The translations under genes were made by a program, and so were the position numbers. A stretch of DNA of 64,000 bases from Trichosphaerium sp. ATCC 40318 (lineage: Eukaryota; Protista; Tubulinea), in assembly GCA_038496445.1 (NCBI GenBank), contig JALMLS010000326.1:17373-81372 (forward strand), read 5' to 3'. Within the stretch, counting starts at the first letter, position 1; every line of letters begins with the position of its first letter. Below the pieces are notes generated by a model. That model was not told where the DNA came from. It searched no databases and was given only the letters and a program-made list of their open reading frames with translations. This document shows positions 26,101 to 39,230 of the stretch, in pieces.

Positions 26101-29100
26101 CAGTTTGTATTTTTCAGAAATAACTAACGATTGACTGAAGGAAGCTGAAGAAGCTGAAGAAGCTGGAACCTCTGGTAAAGATGCAAGTGATCAGCAGGAA
26201 GAGCATGACACAGTCATGGAAGAACAAGAAGCAGTAGAGGAAGAACCTAAACCATCAAAAAAATATGTGGCTAAAAAGAAGCCAACTAAAGCCAACGAAA
26301 AGAAAACAGTTGCACCCAAAAAGAAGGGCAAAAAAGGAAAACGTGCGTGATCACGTTTTTTTTAAAGAAAGTACTTCTTACTTACGATTCCTTTAGGTGG
26401 CGATAAGAGGCTGAACAAGCAAATAGAACTCATGAAAGCGCGTGAGAAATCGCTCAAACCTACGACTGTAGTGAGGTCGTTTCAATCTATTGAAGAGAAA
26501 TTGATAGAAGAGGCTACACTCAAGTATAGATCATCAGCAATAGGTCGCTTTTTGGATATGCTTTGGCAGCTTATTCTCCAACTACCAAATCTCCTATTTG
26601 AAGAGGAGGGTGAGACTCTATTCTTGCGCTCTTACATAGATCGTGATGAATTTGGTTCTGACATTGGCGTGCGAACTAATGTTATGTCAATGATTGCACA
26701 CATACAAGAACCTCAAAACTTGAAATGGCATGAAGAAGTACTAGACTCCATCAAAAGGTACTCTAAAGCACACCTTGTTTTATAACTAATTGAATTATCA
26801 AAAGGGATTTGCAAAGCAATAACAAGAATGTCAGCCACCACGCATACAGAGCACTCAAAGCGTACAATTTCCCTTGGTTAGCTCCTTACGAAGAGGTTCT
26901 TGATGAGATAGTAGCTGCTCCTGCTACCATTTCACGATGGGATTGGTCTCCTGAAGCAACCAATATCGTTGAAGCTCACCGACCTGATCTGCTAGCAACG
27001 CTTGTGGCATTGGTTTATCCACTAGTGTCTTCCTTCAATCCTGTACACTACAATCTCAAAATTTACCTTTCGTTGCTTATACTATCTTTAGAAACAAAGA
27101 AGAAACGATAAGTCTGGTGTGTTAGCTGTGTTACGTGCTTTGAGCACCTGTAAGGCATCTGAACTTGAAAAACCGTTTTTTCAACGCATTATGTCACAGT
27201 TCTCGCCCAAGAAGAGCGTGAAACCCACAATTAAAGGCGTACATCGTGCCATGTATCCAACTTTTCGATACTTCTTCACGTTAAGCGATAATCTTGTCAG
27301 CACTTTTGGTGCCACGTACGTACTCTGCTTTGTAGTTGTTTGTAGACGGCCCTAACTCTATTTTGAAGTTTGATGCCTGCTGTCGATAGAATGATTACAG
27401 TGCTTGCCAGTGCCTTGACATGGGGTGATGATCCACCAAGAAGCAATAAAGAGAGATCTATAGTGCGAAAGAGCGCATATAAATGCCTTGCAACACTTCT
27501 TTGGAGCTACAGAAGTTTCAGTTGTAGCAACAAAAAAACTGTTGAATTACTTACAAAGATTGGTCAATTGGAAACTGAACGTGTGTTTGGTATACATCGT
27601 ATTGACAATGACACTATTGGTGGACGTATGGAACTCATTCAAAGCATGCTTCATATGACACATATTCCTCACTTGTGCATGTGTAATTCGCGTATTGTCA
27701 TTGCTGTCACTCGTTTTATCACAGCTTACCACAAAGCTGGTACGTCCTCTTTCGTTGCTTGTTCACTTTAAAATATAAACCTAATGGTTGACAGGTAACC
27801 CTACAAATAATCTATTGATGGCCGCTTTTGATACAATGGCACGGTTTGTACAGCTTGGCGTGTCCAAGCAGAACATCAGATTTTGGTTCCAGACAAACAT
27901 GGCTGATGCTAGCAAGACAGCTCCAGAGTTTATATTGGATGCTCCACTTGATATCAGGGACAACAGTATTGTCATGGATATTGACAGTACACAAAATAAG
28001 TTTAAAAGTGTATTGCAGGACGTTGCAATCAACATTGTGAAAGCTACCATCCCTTATCTTCTCCCTTCAAAGTACGTCAACAGATACTAAATCAAAGTTA
28101 CTTATGTTTTTTGAAGGGTTGGATTAAGAGCTCTTGGTATCTTGCTGTCTCTCACTGAATTTCTGACAGAGCGCGAGAGCAAGCTTGTCTTTTCTGGCAT
28201 ACTTGGATTGCTTAAGAAATTGATGGATGTTCCTTTTGACAATCGTACGGCATAGTTTAACGTTGAGTGTTCTTTTGGTCTAATCAAGTACTAGCGATTG
28301 CTGGATACGAACGTGATTGTGCTGAGCTCCTTCAACTCACACTTCCGTATGCTGAAAACCCTGAGAATTGTATTCCAGTACTTTCAAAGTACTTGGCTGT
28401 TCACATGAAAAAGGACATCAGTTTTACAAATGCTATTCTCAACGTGTTTTCTAAACTTGGTTCAAAAAATCCTCAAAAGTACAAGGATATTGTACGTCTT
28501 TTATTCCTTTTTTTTGTCTATCTAACATCACCTAATGTACTGCCATAGATGTCTGCTGTTACAAATTTATGTTCTCCATCTAAACAAGTTGTTTTCGATC
28601 AACTAAAAACCATGAAAAGTATTAATTGGGCAGTACTAGACAGGTTTCAGCTGGCTCCTCTGTTCTATGTCCTCATGGAACACCTTGACAGTGATACCAT
28701 TGATATACAAGCAATGGTCACTACAGTTCTCTCGTCCATCATCGTAGCTGGATATGACAAGAGCAAAGAAAAGAAGACGCGGCATTATTACCACAACGTC
28801 CTCAGTACTTTTGTTTATCAAAAAATTCTGAACTTTGCAATCTGCACGTCAGACACATTGCGCAAGACTGTCTGTACTTTGGCTGATCTATTGACAACAC
28901 GCTTTCCTGAAAGCCACCCAAACCTACAAATTCTGAGCCCCAAACCTGGCATGTTCTTTCGTTCGCTTGCCACCGAGTCCAGTGAAGATAAGTTGATCGC
29001 ACTCGGCAAGCTTGCAGATAAAATTGTTGAGAACAAGATTGAAGCCCACACAATGAAGTCAGTGGTTCTCCCTATTTTAACACGCATGCAATATGAAGTG

Positions 29101-32100
29101 TACTTGAAACAACCGTACGCTTTTGCTTTCTTTAGCTTGTTATTGGTACTTACTGCAACGCAATAGTAAAGAGAGCCGTGAAGCTTGTACTCAGAAGTTG
29201 ATGGATATGTGGCGTACTATGACACCTAGCCTACCACAAGAAGTGTTACAGTATTCCATCCTCAACCTACTTCGCTCGTTTAAACAAGAGACTGCCTCAT
29301 GTGGTATGAGCTTAGCTGCTGCCATTATAGAGAGATTAGACGTACGTGAAAATAGAAGGCTGTCTAAAATTGTGTGGTGCTAACATTGCTGTAGTCGAAA
29401 TCTTTGGATGAAAAATCTCGTGTATTACTTTTCAAATCAGTTATGCCAAAGTTGTTTGCACTTGGTGCAAAGACAGATGATGGTTCTGGTATCATAGCCA
29501 TCGTTGCTTTGGTGAGATTGATTCGCTTGAGTCCTAGAAGCCAGCAACAAACACAGTTCCGAGTTCTGTTTGCGAGTACGTCTTAGTTCTTACCAAGTAA
29601 AATGCATGTTGGTTCTTATACAGTTCTTTAGAGGTTGTTGAACAACTCCTTTCACGCAAAGCGGAAATGCGAGCATGGGGTAACAAGACTCTTGTAGAAG
29701 TCACTACACAAATTGGACCTGAGTGGTTATCATACATTGTACAGGAGCTCAGTGATCGCATGACTGCCGGATTCAAGGTACTACGATTTTACTAAGATAT
29801 CTCATGAGACTTACAGCAATCTTTAGCGCCACGTATTTGGTGTAGCTATTCGTGATATCTTGAAGAGTATCAGACCTCCTGTGTTTAATCATGGTGTAGT
29901 GGATGAGGTCATTGATAATGTGATGGATATCAGCATAGAACACTTGATTGGTAAAGTATCAGACGAAAAGAAGCTTGTTGCTATAACTTCCAAAGTACCT
30001 GAGGCTAAAGCAACACCTACTGTAGACACGTACGTCGTATTCAGAGGCTCGCAATCATAGCCACAAAGTAACAGGTGTACATAGCATGAAGTACTTGGCT
30101 ACATCTATAGACTTCTTTAGAAGTGTCAGAACAATTCTCGCGCGATTTAAAGAAGCTTTCAATCAACCTATTGAAGGAAAGAAGCGTGGACAACTTTCTA
30201 GTGGTGTATACAGCTTTGTTAGCGAGTTGTACACAAATACAACGATGACTATGAGGGACATGCTACTACTCCTACACAAAGAGATGGAAGAGCTCATAGC
30301 TGTTGTTCCAGTGCAAAAGCCTGAAGTAGAAGATCAATTCAGACACATGCGCGTATGTCAACGTTCTCTTTTCCTCAAAAGTTTTATTCTAAACTCTTGC
30401 TTATAGCAGGAGAAAACGTTCAAGTTAATGGGCTCCGACAGACCGAAAGTGCGACCGGAGGATATGGATAACCGACATTACTTGCTTTCAGCTTTGTTGT
30501 CACTTTTAAGACGTTGTTTGGAGCACAAGAGGATCAAACCAACAACGGAGAACCTTGGGCTACTTGAACCTGTACGGGAGGACCTCTTATTTTGTATTTA
30601 CTGACTGCAGTATGTAGTTTGTGTCACTGCTTCATCAAATGCTTCACCACCGTGTGGCACGTGTTAAAAAGCAAGCTATGCTGTGCTTGATGCACTTTCC
30701 ACACTCGAAAAGATCGCCGGCTCAAACCAAGCTAAGGCCTGCTATACTTGAACAGTTAATTCAAGTTATAAGGGTACTCATAACACTCAATATCACTAAT
30801 GATGATTTCTCGCTAACATATGTCCTTGTAGCGCTCCAAATTACACTCAAACACTGGCGATGTTGCTTTGGAGGTGTTGACAAATATCTTAAAACAGACA
30901 GGACATAAGCAACTTCCAGAAAAAGATATAGACATATTGATCGATCACTTCCGTGTTGATCTAATGGAGAATCACAATGTTGATCTCACGAAACCATTTG
31001 AGTTTTTTAGAGTACGCCATTACCAAAATATTTTAAAAGCGCTTGTTGGTTGTGTACTGACACATTTGTTCGCACATTAGATGTTAATTTCGGGCCGGTT
31101 CATGTCTCCTGGTTTGTATGATGCTATTGACAAGATTGGACATCTTATCCTTAATGCTACTCATGATAAGACGCGTAATGTTGCGCGTCAATTGTATATT
31201 ATGTTTTTATGTGAGTACCCTATGGAGAAGAAGAGATTTGTCAAGCACTTAAACTTCCTTCTTTCAAATTTGGAATATCCAACGCCTTCAGGAAGAAGAA
31301 CACTTTTGGATACATTGTGGTCCTTTTTGGGCGTTGTTGATGATAAGATAGCGTCAACTTATTCAGGCTTTATGTTCCTTCCAATAGTTGTTGCATTTGC
31401 AAATGAGACTGATCCGGAATGCAGAAAGTATGCCACTCTATTGCTTGAAAGATTGATCGGTACGCTCTTTTTTTGAAAAAACTTCAATTCAAATCTGACG
31501 CAGTTCGAATTTAGAGATCTGTTGGGCGACTAAACGTGATTGGTTGTTATCTACTGTTACGAAGTGGCTACATAACCATACTCAAAAGTAAGTTTTTTCG
31601 ATTGGATTAGCGCTGTATTTCATTGTAAGCTAAACTTTTATTAGTGGCGTTGACAAAAACGGTGATGCAGAGCCTGACGTACTTGAACTAACAGCGCTAC
31701 GTTTGGTGGCAATGTTTTCAAAAGTATTGAAATCAAAGCTAAGAGAACATTCCTCGTCGCTATTGTCTCATCTCTCAACGTATATCAGCGCAGCTGCAAC
31801 CCCAAGCACTGGTACAATCCCACGTGATTTTAGAACCAACTAACAGTTGTTGCAGTGCAAGGAAAGGGTGAATGGAAGCGAATATACTTGTCATTATTGG
31901 CTGTAGAGGAGATGTTGAAGTCAAGCCAAGTCTCTTATTTTTCGGAAGAGATGAAGCCAATAACGCTATCTTTGGAAGACGCTCTTGTTTTCCCACATCA
32001 ATGGATAAGGTACCCTCAACTTTGGAATCATGTTATACTCACCAAGCGAACGTTTAGGCAAACAGCAACAAGATTAGTAGCGAGGTTATTCAGTGTTCTA

Positions 32101-32766
32101 AACAAGCAAACAAAGAGATTAATGAACTTTGATTTGAGCTTTTACTACAACATTATGGCATCTTCATTCAAGCAATTACAAAGCGAAAACTTAAAGGAAG
32201 AGCACTTACAACAAATAACGAAGAATATCTTATTCATATCATTGAGAGGGTACACTTCATGGCGTGGATTAGGCAAAAGGAAATTGCCTCCTCAACTGAG
32301 AAGCAAAGCTAAAACACCAATTCCTTTTGTTGCCTACGCCTTTGAATCATACTCATCTGTGGCATGCCAAGGTATTAATCAAATTAATGCATCTCTGATG
32401 TTCTATGCTGCAATGGCTTCTCAGATGGAAGAGGAGCATGTTAAACATTTTGTTGATACCATAGCAAACGCCATTTATCGCGTATATCAAGACAAGCAAG
32501 CGCCTAAAGAAATGAAGCAAACAGCTGGTCAAACAATGGAACTTATAAAATCTAAAGTCGGTGATACCGAGTTTGCTAGTGCATTGAATCGTGCAAAACG
32601 TGGATTGGAAGAAGGTATCGCCACAAATCCAAAAATGAAGAAACTTCAAAAAGTAGCTGGGTTTGCGAAGAAGCGACCTCTTGAAGAATCAAAACGCGAT
32701 TCAAATAGACCCAGCATACGTGTCAAACGTAGGAAACTACAAAAGATGCTGCAGGATGAATTGTAA
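23176..32766 (+). CDS. UTP20: U3 snoRNA-associated HEAT-repeat protein, SSU processome component 20
   Basis: VATLPQVIVNKDKI, FARDLQADFYPYF, FVAESFSFLVRK, FLCEYPMEKKRFVKHLNFLLSNLEYPTPSGR, ANETDPECR, FPHQWIR. Very large multi-exon gene. Confidence 0.9.
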
Positions 32767-33116
32767 TAAAATTTTTTATCATCCAGTAATTAATCAAACT
32801 GAGCAATCAAACTGAGCTGTCAAATAGGAACCAATAGCTACCACCACATTTTAGACCTTACCCATGCTTTTCCATCAAGAATACGAGAGGGACGTTGGTG
32901 TTAACAGTAAATTATACCTGTTAGAAACAACATTAACCTTAAACTGTCATTGCTAACTATTTGATTGTTTTGAGAAGAATCTGCAACTGATAAGTACAGA
33001 AATGTAATTTAACGGACGTACGTTGGTAATGTTTACGTGTTCATTCAAAGAACGTAACGTTTTGTGCCTTAATATTTGAAATCGCACTTAGCAAGCGTTT
33101 TCTCGCTTCTCCAAGC

Positions 33117-34290
33117 ATGGCAAACGATTCTGAACATAGAAAAGACTCTGATAGCTTTCCTAAAGTTAAACTGGTGATTATTGGTGGTGGTGGTGTTGGT
33201 ATACACAACATAAATTAATTTTAAGTGTAAATACGCTGTTCAATACAACAATTACCTTGAAAGTGCATTTTTGTACCAAACGTTAATTTAATATTTACCA
33301 TAGGAAAAACTAGCCTGTTTTTTCGGTTAGGTGGTCGGAGTAAGTGGTTCTGGTGTTTTAATCGTTTTTTACATTTTTAGAGCACTTTCAAACGAAAAAT
33401 GTTCCACGTGTTGCCGAAAATAAGTTGTACGCACATGCTTGTTAAATGGTTTTTTGTCAGTTGGCAATACCAATCTATTGCAACTAACAGATTTAGTATA
33501 CAACATGACATGTGCATTGGTTGTAAGATCAAATTGGGTGCGTACATTGAGCGGTTTGGAGAGTACTCTTGTTTCAACGAACAAGTCAACCTTGTACTAA
33601 TTTGATTCAGACCTATGGGATACTGCAAGAGGTGAAATGTTTGACAGATTTCGTGTTATTACCTACATAGGAGCGGTACGTATTTAAACTAGTGGTGTTA
33701 AAAAACGGCTTTTTAGATCATTACAATATATGGCTTCTTTTAGTTTTTCTCTAGGATGTACTTCTACTATGCTTCAGTCTTGTTGATGAAGGAAGTGTTA
33801 ATAATGATGTCAAATACAGGGTACTAGGCAACGGTTGCTATAATATAAACTGTGTATAGTTTTTAAAACAGTGTCAAACTGACTCTTTTTGTAAGTTTAC
33901 TCCTGAAGCAGACCATAATTGTCCAAATGTGCCTGTAATATTGGTTGGTACTAAAGTAGATATAAGAGATAAAACTCAAAAAGGAATGACTACAGAACAA
34001 GGAATTGAGCTGGCAATAGCAATCAATGTACAAGCTTATATTTTGGTTTTTTTTTGTTGCAGTTTCCGTCTTCTTATTTTTTTTAATAGGCACATAGCTA
34101 TGTTGAAGTCAGTTCCTTATCAGGTAGTGGAGTAGAAGATGGTGAGGATTAAAAGTTGACATAGTATTTTTGAGTCTAATTGTGATATATAGTTATCAGG
34201 GAAGCTTCAATGGCTGGTTTAATGTTTAGTGGTGTCTACAGCGCTAAAAATCAACAACCTACAAATACACGTAGATGCAATGTTATGTAG
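33117..34290 (+). CDS. Atypical Rho-family small GTPase with CAAX box
   Basis: KLVIIGGGGVGKTSL; LDLWDTARGEMFDRFRVITYIGADVLLLCFSL; CPNVPVILVGTKVDIR; YVEVSS; ends RRCNVM*. Confidence 0.85.
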
Positions 34291-34573
34291 AATATAAAAG
34301 GTGTACATCAATTTCATTATAACAACTCTTTGTATACTATCACAAAGTGCTGATCCTATTAAATTGAAATCAGGATTGAGCAACTACACTCACTTTTAAC
34401 CACAAATCATGAGTTTCGTTGGTGTTCATACTATTGATCTCAGTTGTGACAACAGTTTGATGAAGGCCTCAGATCACTGAAAGGCGTGCATTGACATTAG
34501 AGCATGTAGGTATAGGTATAGATAAAGGAAGGTGTCAAACCGATACAAATTTGTTAGAGACGATGCTGTACAA

Positions 34574-37048
34574 TCACTTAGAGATATTGACCTGTGGATG
34601 TAACAATGTGACAGGTGTACCATGGTTTTGTTTTCTCGAAATGCTGGCGTGAAGAAGTGCATAGCTGACGCTGGGTAGTTTTCGAATTCTATATCCCGCT
34701 ATGTACCTAGGAGTGGAAAAGTTGCGCTCACAGGACAATGAGATAAAGCAAAACAGTTTGGAAAACAATCTGTTTTTATTTGAAATATAAACTTACAACT
34801 CTTCAACAAGAAATTCTCCATCACCGTCCTTGGTTTGAAAAGTACCAAGGTCCAGCTTTGCCAACTGTAACATACAGTCAGTGTCATTAGCTTGTACGCC
34901 AAGTTTAGTATCTATGCTGTCAGCTTGTTGTTCTCCCTCAAGGAAGCAAGAAGAGGAACAGGCAACGTTGTAAACGTTGATTTTTCCTTTAATCAGACCT
35001 CCCTCGAATGCAGTTGCTATCACTTTGACGTCTAGTTCGGGATGCGATGAATATAGATCAATTCTGCCATCGTAGTTGTACTTGTATGCTTTGTAATTGA
35101 AGTAATAGACAGTGTTGTCAGCCCTGAAAGAAAACAATAATTTAGCAATTTTGAAAAAAGAAATGTGTGTGAGACGAACCCTGTGCGAAGATCAGGAACC
35201 GGCTTTGTTGACACGTAAAAAATCATATCGCCAATAACTTCAACTTGCATACATACCCTTTGCGAGTTGGCATTGCACCCACCCAGCTTTTCATCAACAG
35301 TAATGTGCATTGTAAAAGCACCTCCTCTTTTAATCTCAACATTATCCATGTCGTAGGTCCCAATCTTGTCAACCGTATACGTTTGAACGTCCTTTAGGGG
35401 TACAGCGTCGACCTTTTGTCCGTTTATGCCTTCCAAGTTGGAATACTTTGCCTGGCCGCTCCCACAATATTGCCTTCTTTCTGTTCTCCATAAATCACCA
35501 TTCCATTTCGCAAGGTTATAAAAGTGCATCCACCCATTTTTGGAGCGCATATATGGATACGAAGCATAATCCACGCCAATCATATTCTGTACTAGATAAT
35601 ATAGAACAGTTTCAAAAGCTTGTGCCGAAGCTTTTCGTTCTGGAGACAATAATCCATAAAAGAGCCAGAATACAGCAGCGCTATTGGCATTGTTATTTGG
35701 TGACAAAGGGGTGTACTGTGTCTCCAGAGCAACCCAAAAAGGTACAAAGCAATATCTATTATTATAAGTGGGCTCTAGAGGACTCTCGGTAGGGTTTTCA
35801 AAAGCATAAGTCCACCTGTCCCCTTGTACAAGGCCTAAACAGAAATAAGAGTCTGAGCTGGAAAAAAATAAGAAAAAGCCAAGCATCACGTACCGGTTAC
35901 AGCAAGCGCTGCCCAAGCGGCTGAGCTTTCGATAAACATTTTTGCTTTGGTGAATTCATCTCCGTCTAAGTTGTCTGCACCAAAGTTGTATTGTACGTAG
36001 TGAAACAATTCGTGAGCCGTTGCTTCGCGAGCTTTCAAATCATTGCTCATACCCTCAGAATTCAATTTCATTGGGCCGTCGCTAGGCGAAGAACCCAGCA
36101 ATTTTGGATCCATTGCATAAATGTTAACTTGGCATTTGGAATTCTCATCGTTAAAAGGCATTTTACGTGCAGTGAACCACTCGGCATAAACATTCCAAGC
36201 TTCATCTAGATGTTGTGCTACCTTCTCCGCATATTCCGATGTAAATTGATCTTCTGGGGTACCACCAGTGCAGTTCTCGCACCAGTTGAGCATAAATCTG
36301 CTATATCCAAAAGTATCATGGTGGTTAAAGCAAGGAGGGTCACCTTGGGTGCAGTCATGTTCCGTTTCATTTTCTTTTTGTTTTCTGATGATTCCATAAA
36401 AAGGTCTTGTTTTTTTTCGTTTTCATTTTCTTGTTGATTGTCAGATCCTGGAAGGTCGTAGTTTACAATACCCCTATAAAAAGGAAACCCACATTCGCCA
36501 ACCCTTTGTACCAGGTATTGACCAACCAGTTCCCAACCAGAGTCGGCTTCAGGGCATACAGAACTCGATGAGTAGTTTGAAGAAGTGCCATCCATTCCGG
36601 AGATGCCATGGTAGATACAACATGCACCTTTACCATAATGGGATCCATCAAGAGTCACGGTATTGGGAGGTTTCTCGTTGTACGGTTGTACGCCTCCTTT
36701 CATTTTTTGGTAGTAGCAATCTTTGTTACAATCCTTTGCACCCCACCCCGTAACAGTGTAGTCATCAGGGAACGGAACGGTAATGGTTTGCCTGCCGGCG
36801 TACGGTGTCGTGGAGATGTAACAGATGCGGTTACCGGAAACTAGACCTGGATTTGGGATGATATATGCCCAGACGCAGTTTTTAAAGTAGACAGGCTGTA
36901 TTAGTGTTAGTACTCGGGTTTTTTTGTGTTCGAGTTTTTGACAGTTGCGTACGTCTGCTTTTGCTTCTGATTCTAGTTTTGTTTCGGCAAGTGTTAAGGG
37001 AGCGTAGAGTAATATGCAAAACAGCAAGCATTGTAGAGAAGCTGACAT
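34574..37048 (-). CDS. Secreted zincin-like (HEXXH) metallopeptidase with Cys-rich N-terminal domain; apparent frameshift near 36370-36420
   Basis: Signal peptide MSASLQCLLFCILLYAPLTLA. TAHELFHYVQY followed by MFIESSAAWA (likely third-ligand Glu). Only ~3 introns. Confidence 0.7.
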
Positions 37049-37462
37049 GGTGCTTGCTTTGTTGGTTTTTAGTTTTTTGATTTTAAAAGTCAGGAGGTAC
37101 TGAAACGTTTTTTCGATGAAATTTTGATACCAAGATTTCGTTTGGTCTGAAACGACTTTTTTCATAGAAATGTACAATTGTAATTTGAAATGTTATTTCT
37201 ACGAAAAAGGTTATGCCGATTGTTGTTTGTAATCTAAAAGTCAAAACTGCGGCCAAACTATAATAAGGGCGAAAAATAAATAAAAATTGCAAGTACGTGG
37301 AAGACTATTTTCAGTGAAACTTATTTAAATAACAACACAGAAACAAGGTGAACAGCTTTTTATGCGAAATCAAATCACAGCAAAAACGTAGTGGTGATCC
37401 TTGAGCATTAGTGAGACTTCAGTTTCAGATGTCGTTGTGAAGATGTTGAAAGGTGTTTCATC

Positions 37463-38928
37463 TTACTGTTGCCCAAATGTGACAGCTTCAGGGATTAATT
37501 GAAATCTATATATTGTACAAGCATTGGTGGCGATTCAGTTACTGTTCAAAGCGTTAGAAAATGTTCGTGATATTAGAAAAAGTATAGATTGTAAATGTTA
37601 TAGATGAAGGCATAGAAGCACTCAAACATAAAAATCTTGACAGCGTTACCCCTTTTTTATTGTGATAATGTGACAGATGCTGTATCCAATCGCTGAGAGA
37701 TGCCTCCGTGGAAGTTTATGTATAAACATTATATATGCTTTATATCATCTCCATGGAAGAAGCATTCAGGTTGTCAAGGTAAACGTACAGAAATCAGGTT
37801 TGCTTTTAATTCTGCTGTTACATCTGCAACATAGCTCACCAATAAAAATTTTCCAACCCAAAACAATTTTTGTTTGTATCCAAGTAAGTACCCAGTCAAC
37901 GGCTCGGACAGCCTCATCTGTACTAATGATCCTCCAATGCACTTAACAATAGTAATTCTTGCGCTTCTACGTTTTCAGTGAGGATGTAGAGCATATTATT
38001 GTCGTCAACTGCCATTGCCTTTATCTTTCCAATGTTTTCCTCAGTAGTTGCTTCTAGCGGTGTAATGCATTTGTCTTTAAGCAGAAACACCTTTACTGGT
38101 TTACCACGTGTGACATACAAACCATTATAGTATCGAGACGAAGCATAAACGGAATAGTGAATTAGATTAGGGATCTTACTAAGCACTGTATGTTTGTCTT
38201 CATTTCCAATCTTTACAATTTCTCGTGAACTGATTGAAATCACCTCTTCACTGTCCTTATCTAAACAAATGCCTTTACATCCTAATATAGGTTAATTGTA
38301 TTCAAGCGTTACAAACAAATACACGTACTAAAACAGCGTTTCATTATTGGCTGTTTGGTGTTGGGCATCAGTTCCAAAACCTTTCGTGTACCACTTGTAG
38401 CTATCATCTTTTTAGATTTGGGTGCATACATTAAATATTGTAAAGTCGCTCTGTCTTTGAACAATCCATATCCCTCAGCAGGCTTTATTTCACCTGTATC
38501 CATGTCTAGTTCGTAGGCGCCAGTACCTTTAATAATGACATATACCTAAAATAAACTGTGAAAAAAAAGACAAGATAACTTGCACGTGATTTAAAAAATT
38601 TCGTATTGGTAATTCCCTTACTTTATCTGATGGCCCAGCACATGCTGCAGTAACGAATGATGTAGCATATTCTGTTTTCGGTGTATTTGGATGAACGTGT
38701 GGATGTTTAATGATATAACGCGTTGGGCATACGTAACTGACAACCTTTGCGTTGTTAGCAGAAGGGATAGATGATAATCCACCTAAAACGTACCTTGCCT
38801 ATCGGAGTCGCGTATGCTACGTCTTTGGTAGCGTAACAGCTAATTCTAAACGCTTTGATCGCTTGTTCATCCAAACTTAGCGCTATCGCGACTAGAAGCT
38901 CATTTGGTAATAACAGCAATGTACACAT
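37463..38928 (-). CDS. F-box protein with beta-propeller-like C-terminus
   Basis: LLLLPNELLVAIALSLDEQAIKAFRISC (F-box). Propeller-like blades ACAGPSDKVYVI, CKGICLDKD, IKAMAVDDNNMLYIL, IPEAVTFG. Confidence 0.6.
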
Positions 38929-39230
38929 TACACAGCTGATGGATTAAAGGTAAGCAAGTGGCGGTTTATGATGGCGGGTTTGTTTTAACTTTATTGACTC
39001 AATTTACCGCCAATTTTCGTTCTAACACGTGTTGGCCTTGATTTTTTTTGCCTTTAATGCTACTTGGTAAATTCTTATGCGGAGTGCAATAACCTCTGCA
39101 TAGCTTGCGCGATTTTGTGTATTCTAGCTAGCACTATGTCTCCATTCAAAGGCACATGAGGCTCAAGTACTGTGAAGCAAACTGGTCACACCACGACAAA
39201 CGAGATGTGTCTTCCAGATAATGATAACCT

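Noticed and set aside
32792-32817. 13-bp tandem duplication AATCAAACTGAGC downstream of UTP20
   Set aside because: Only two copies, consistent with ordinary slippage.
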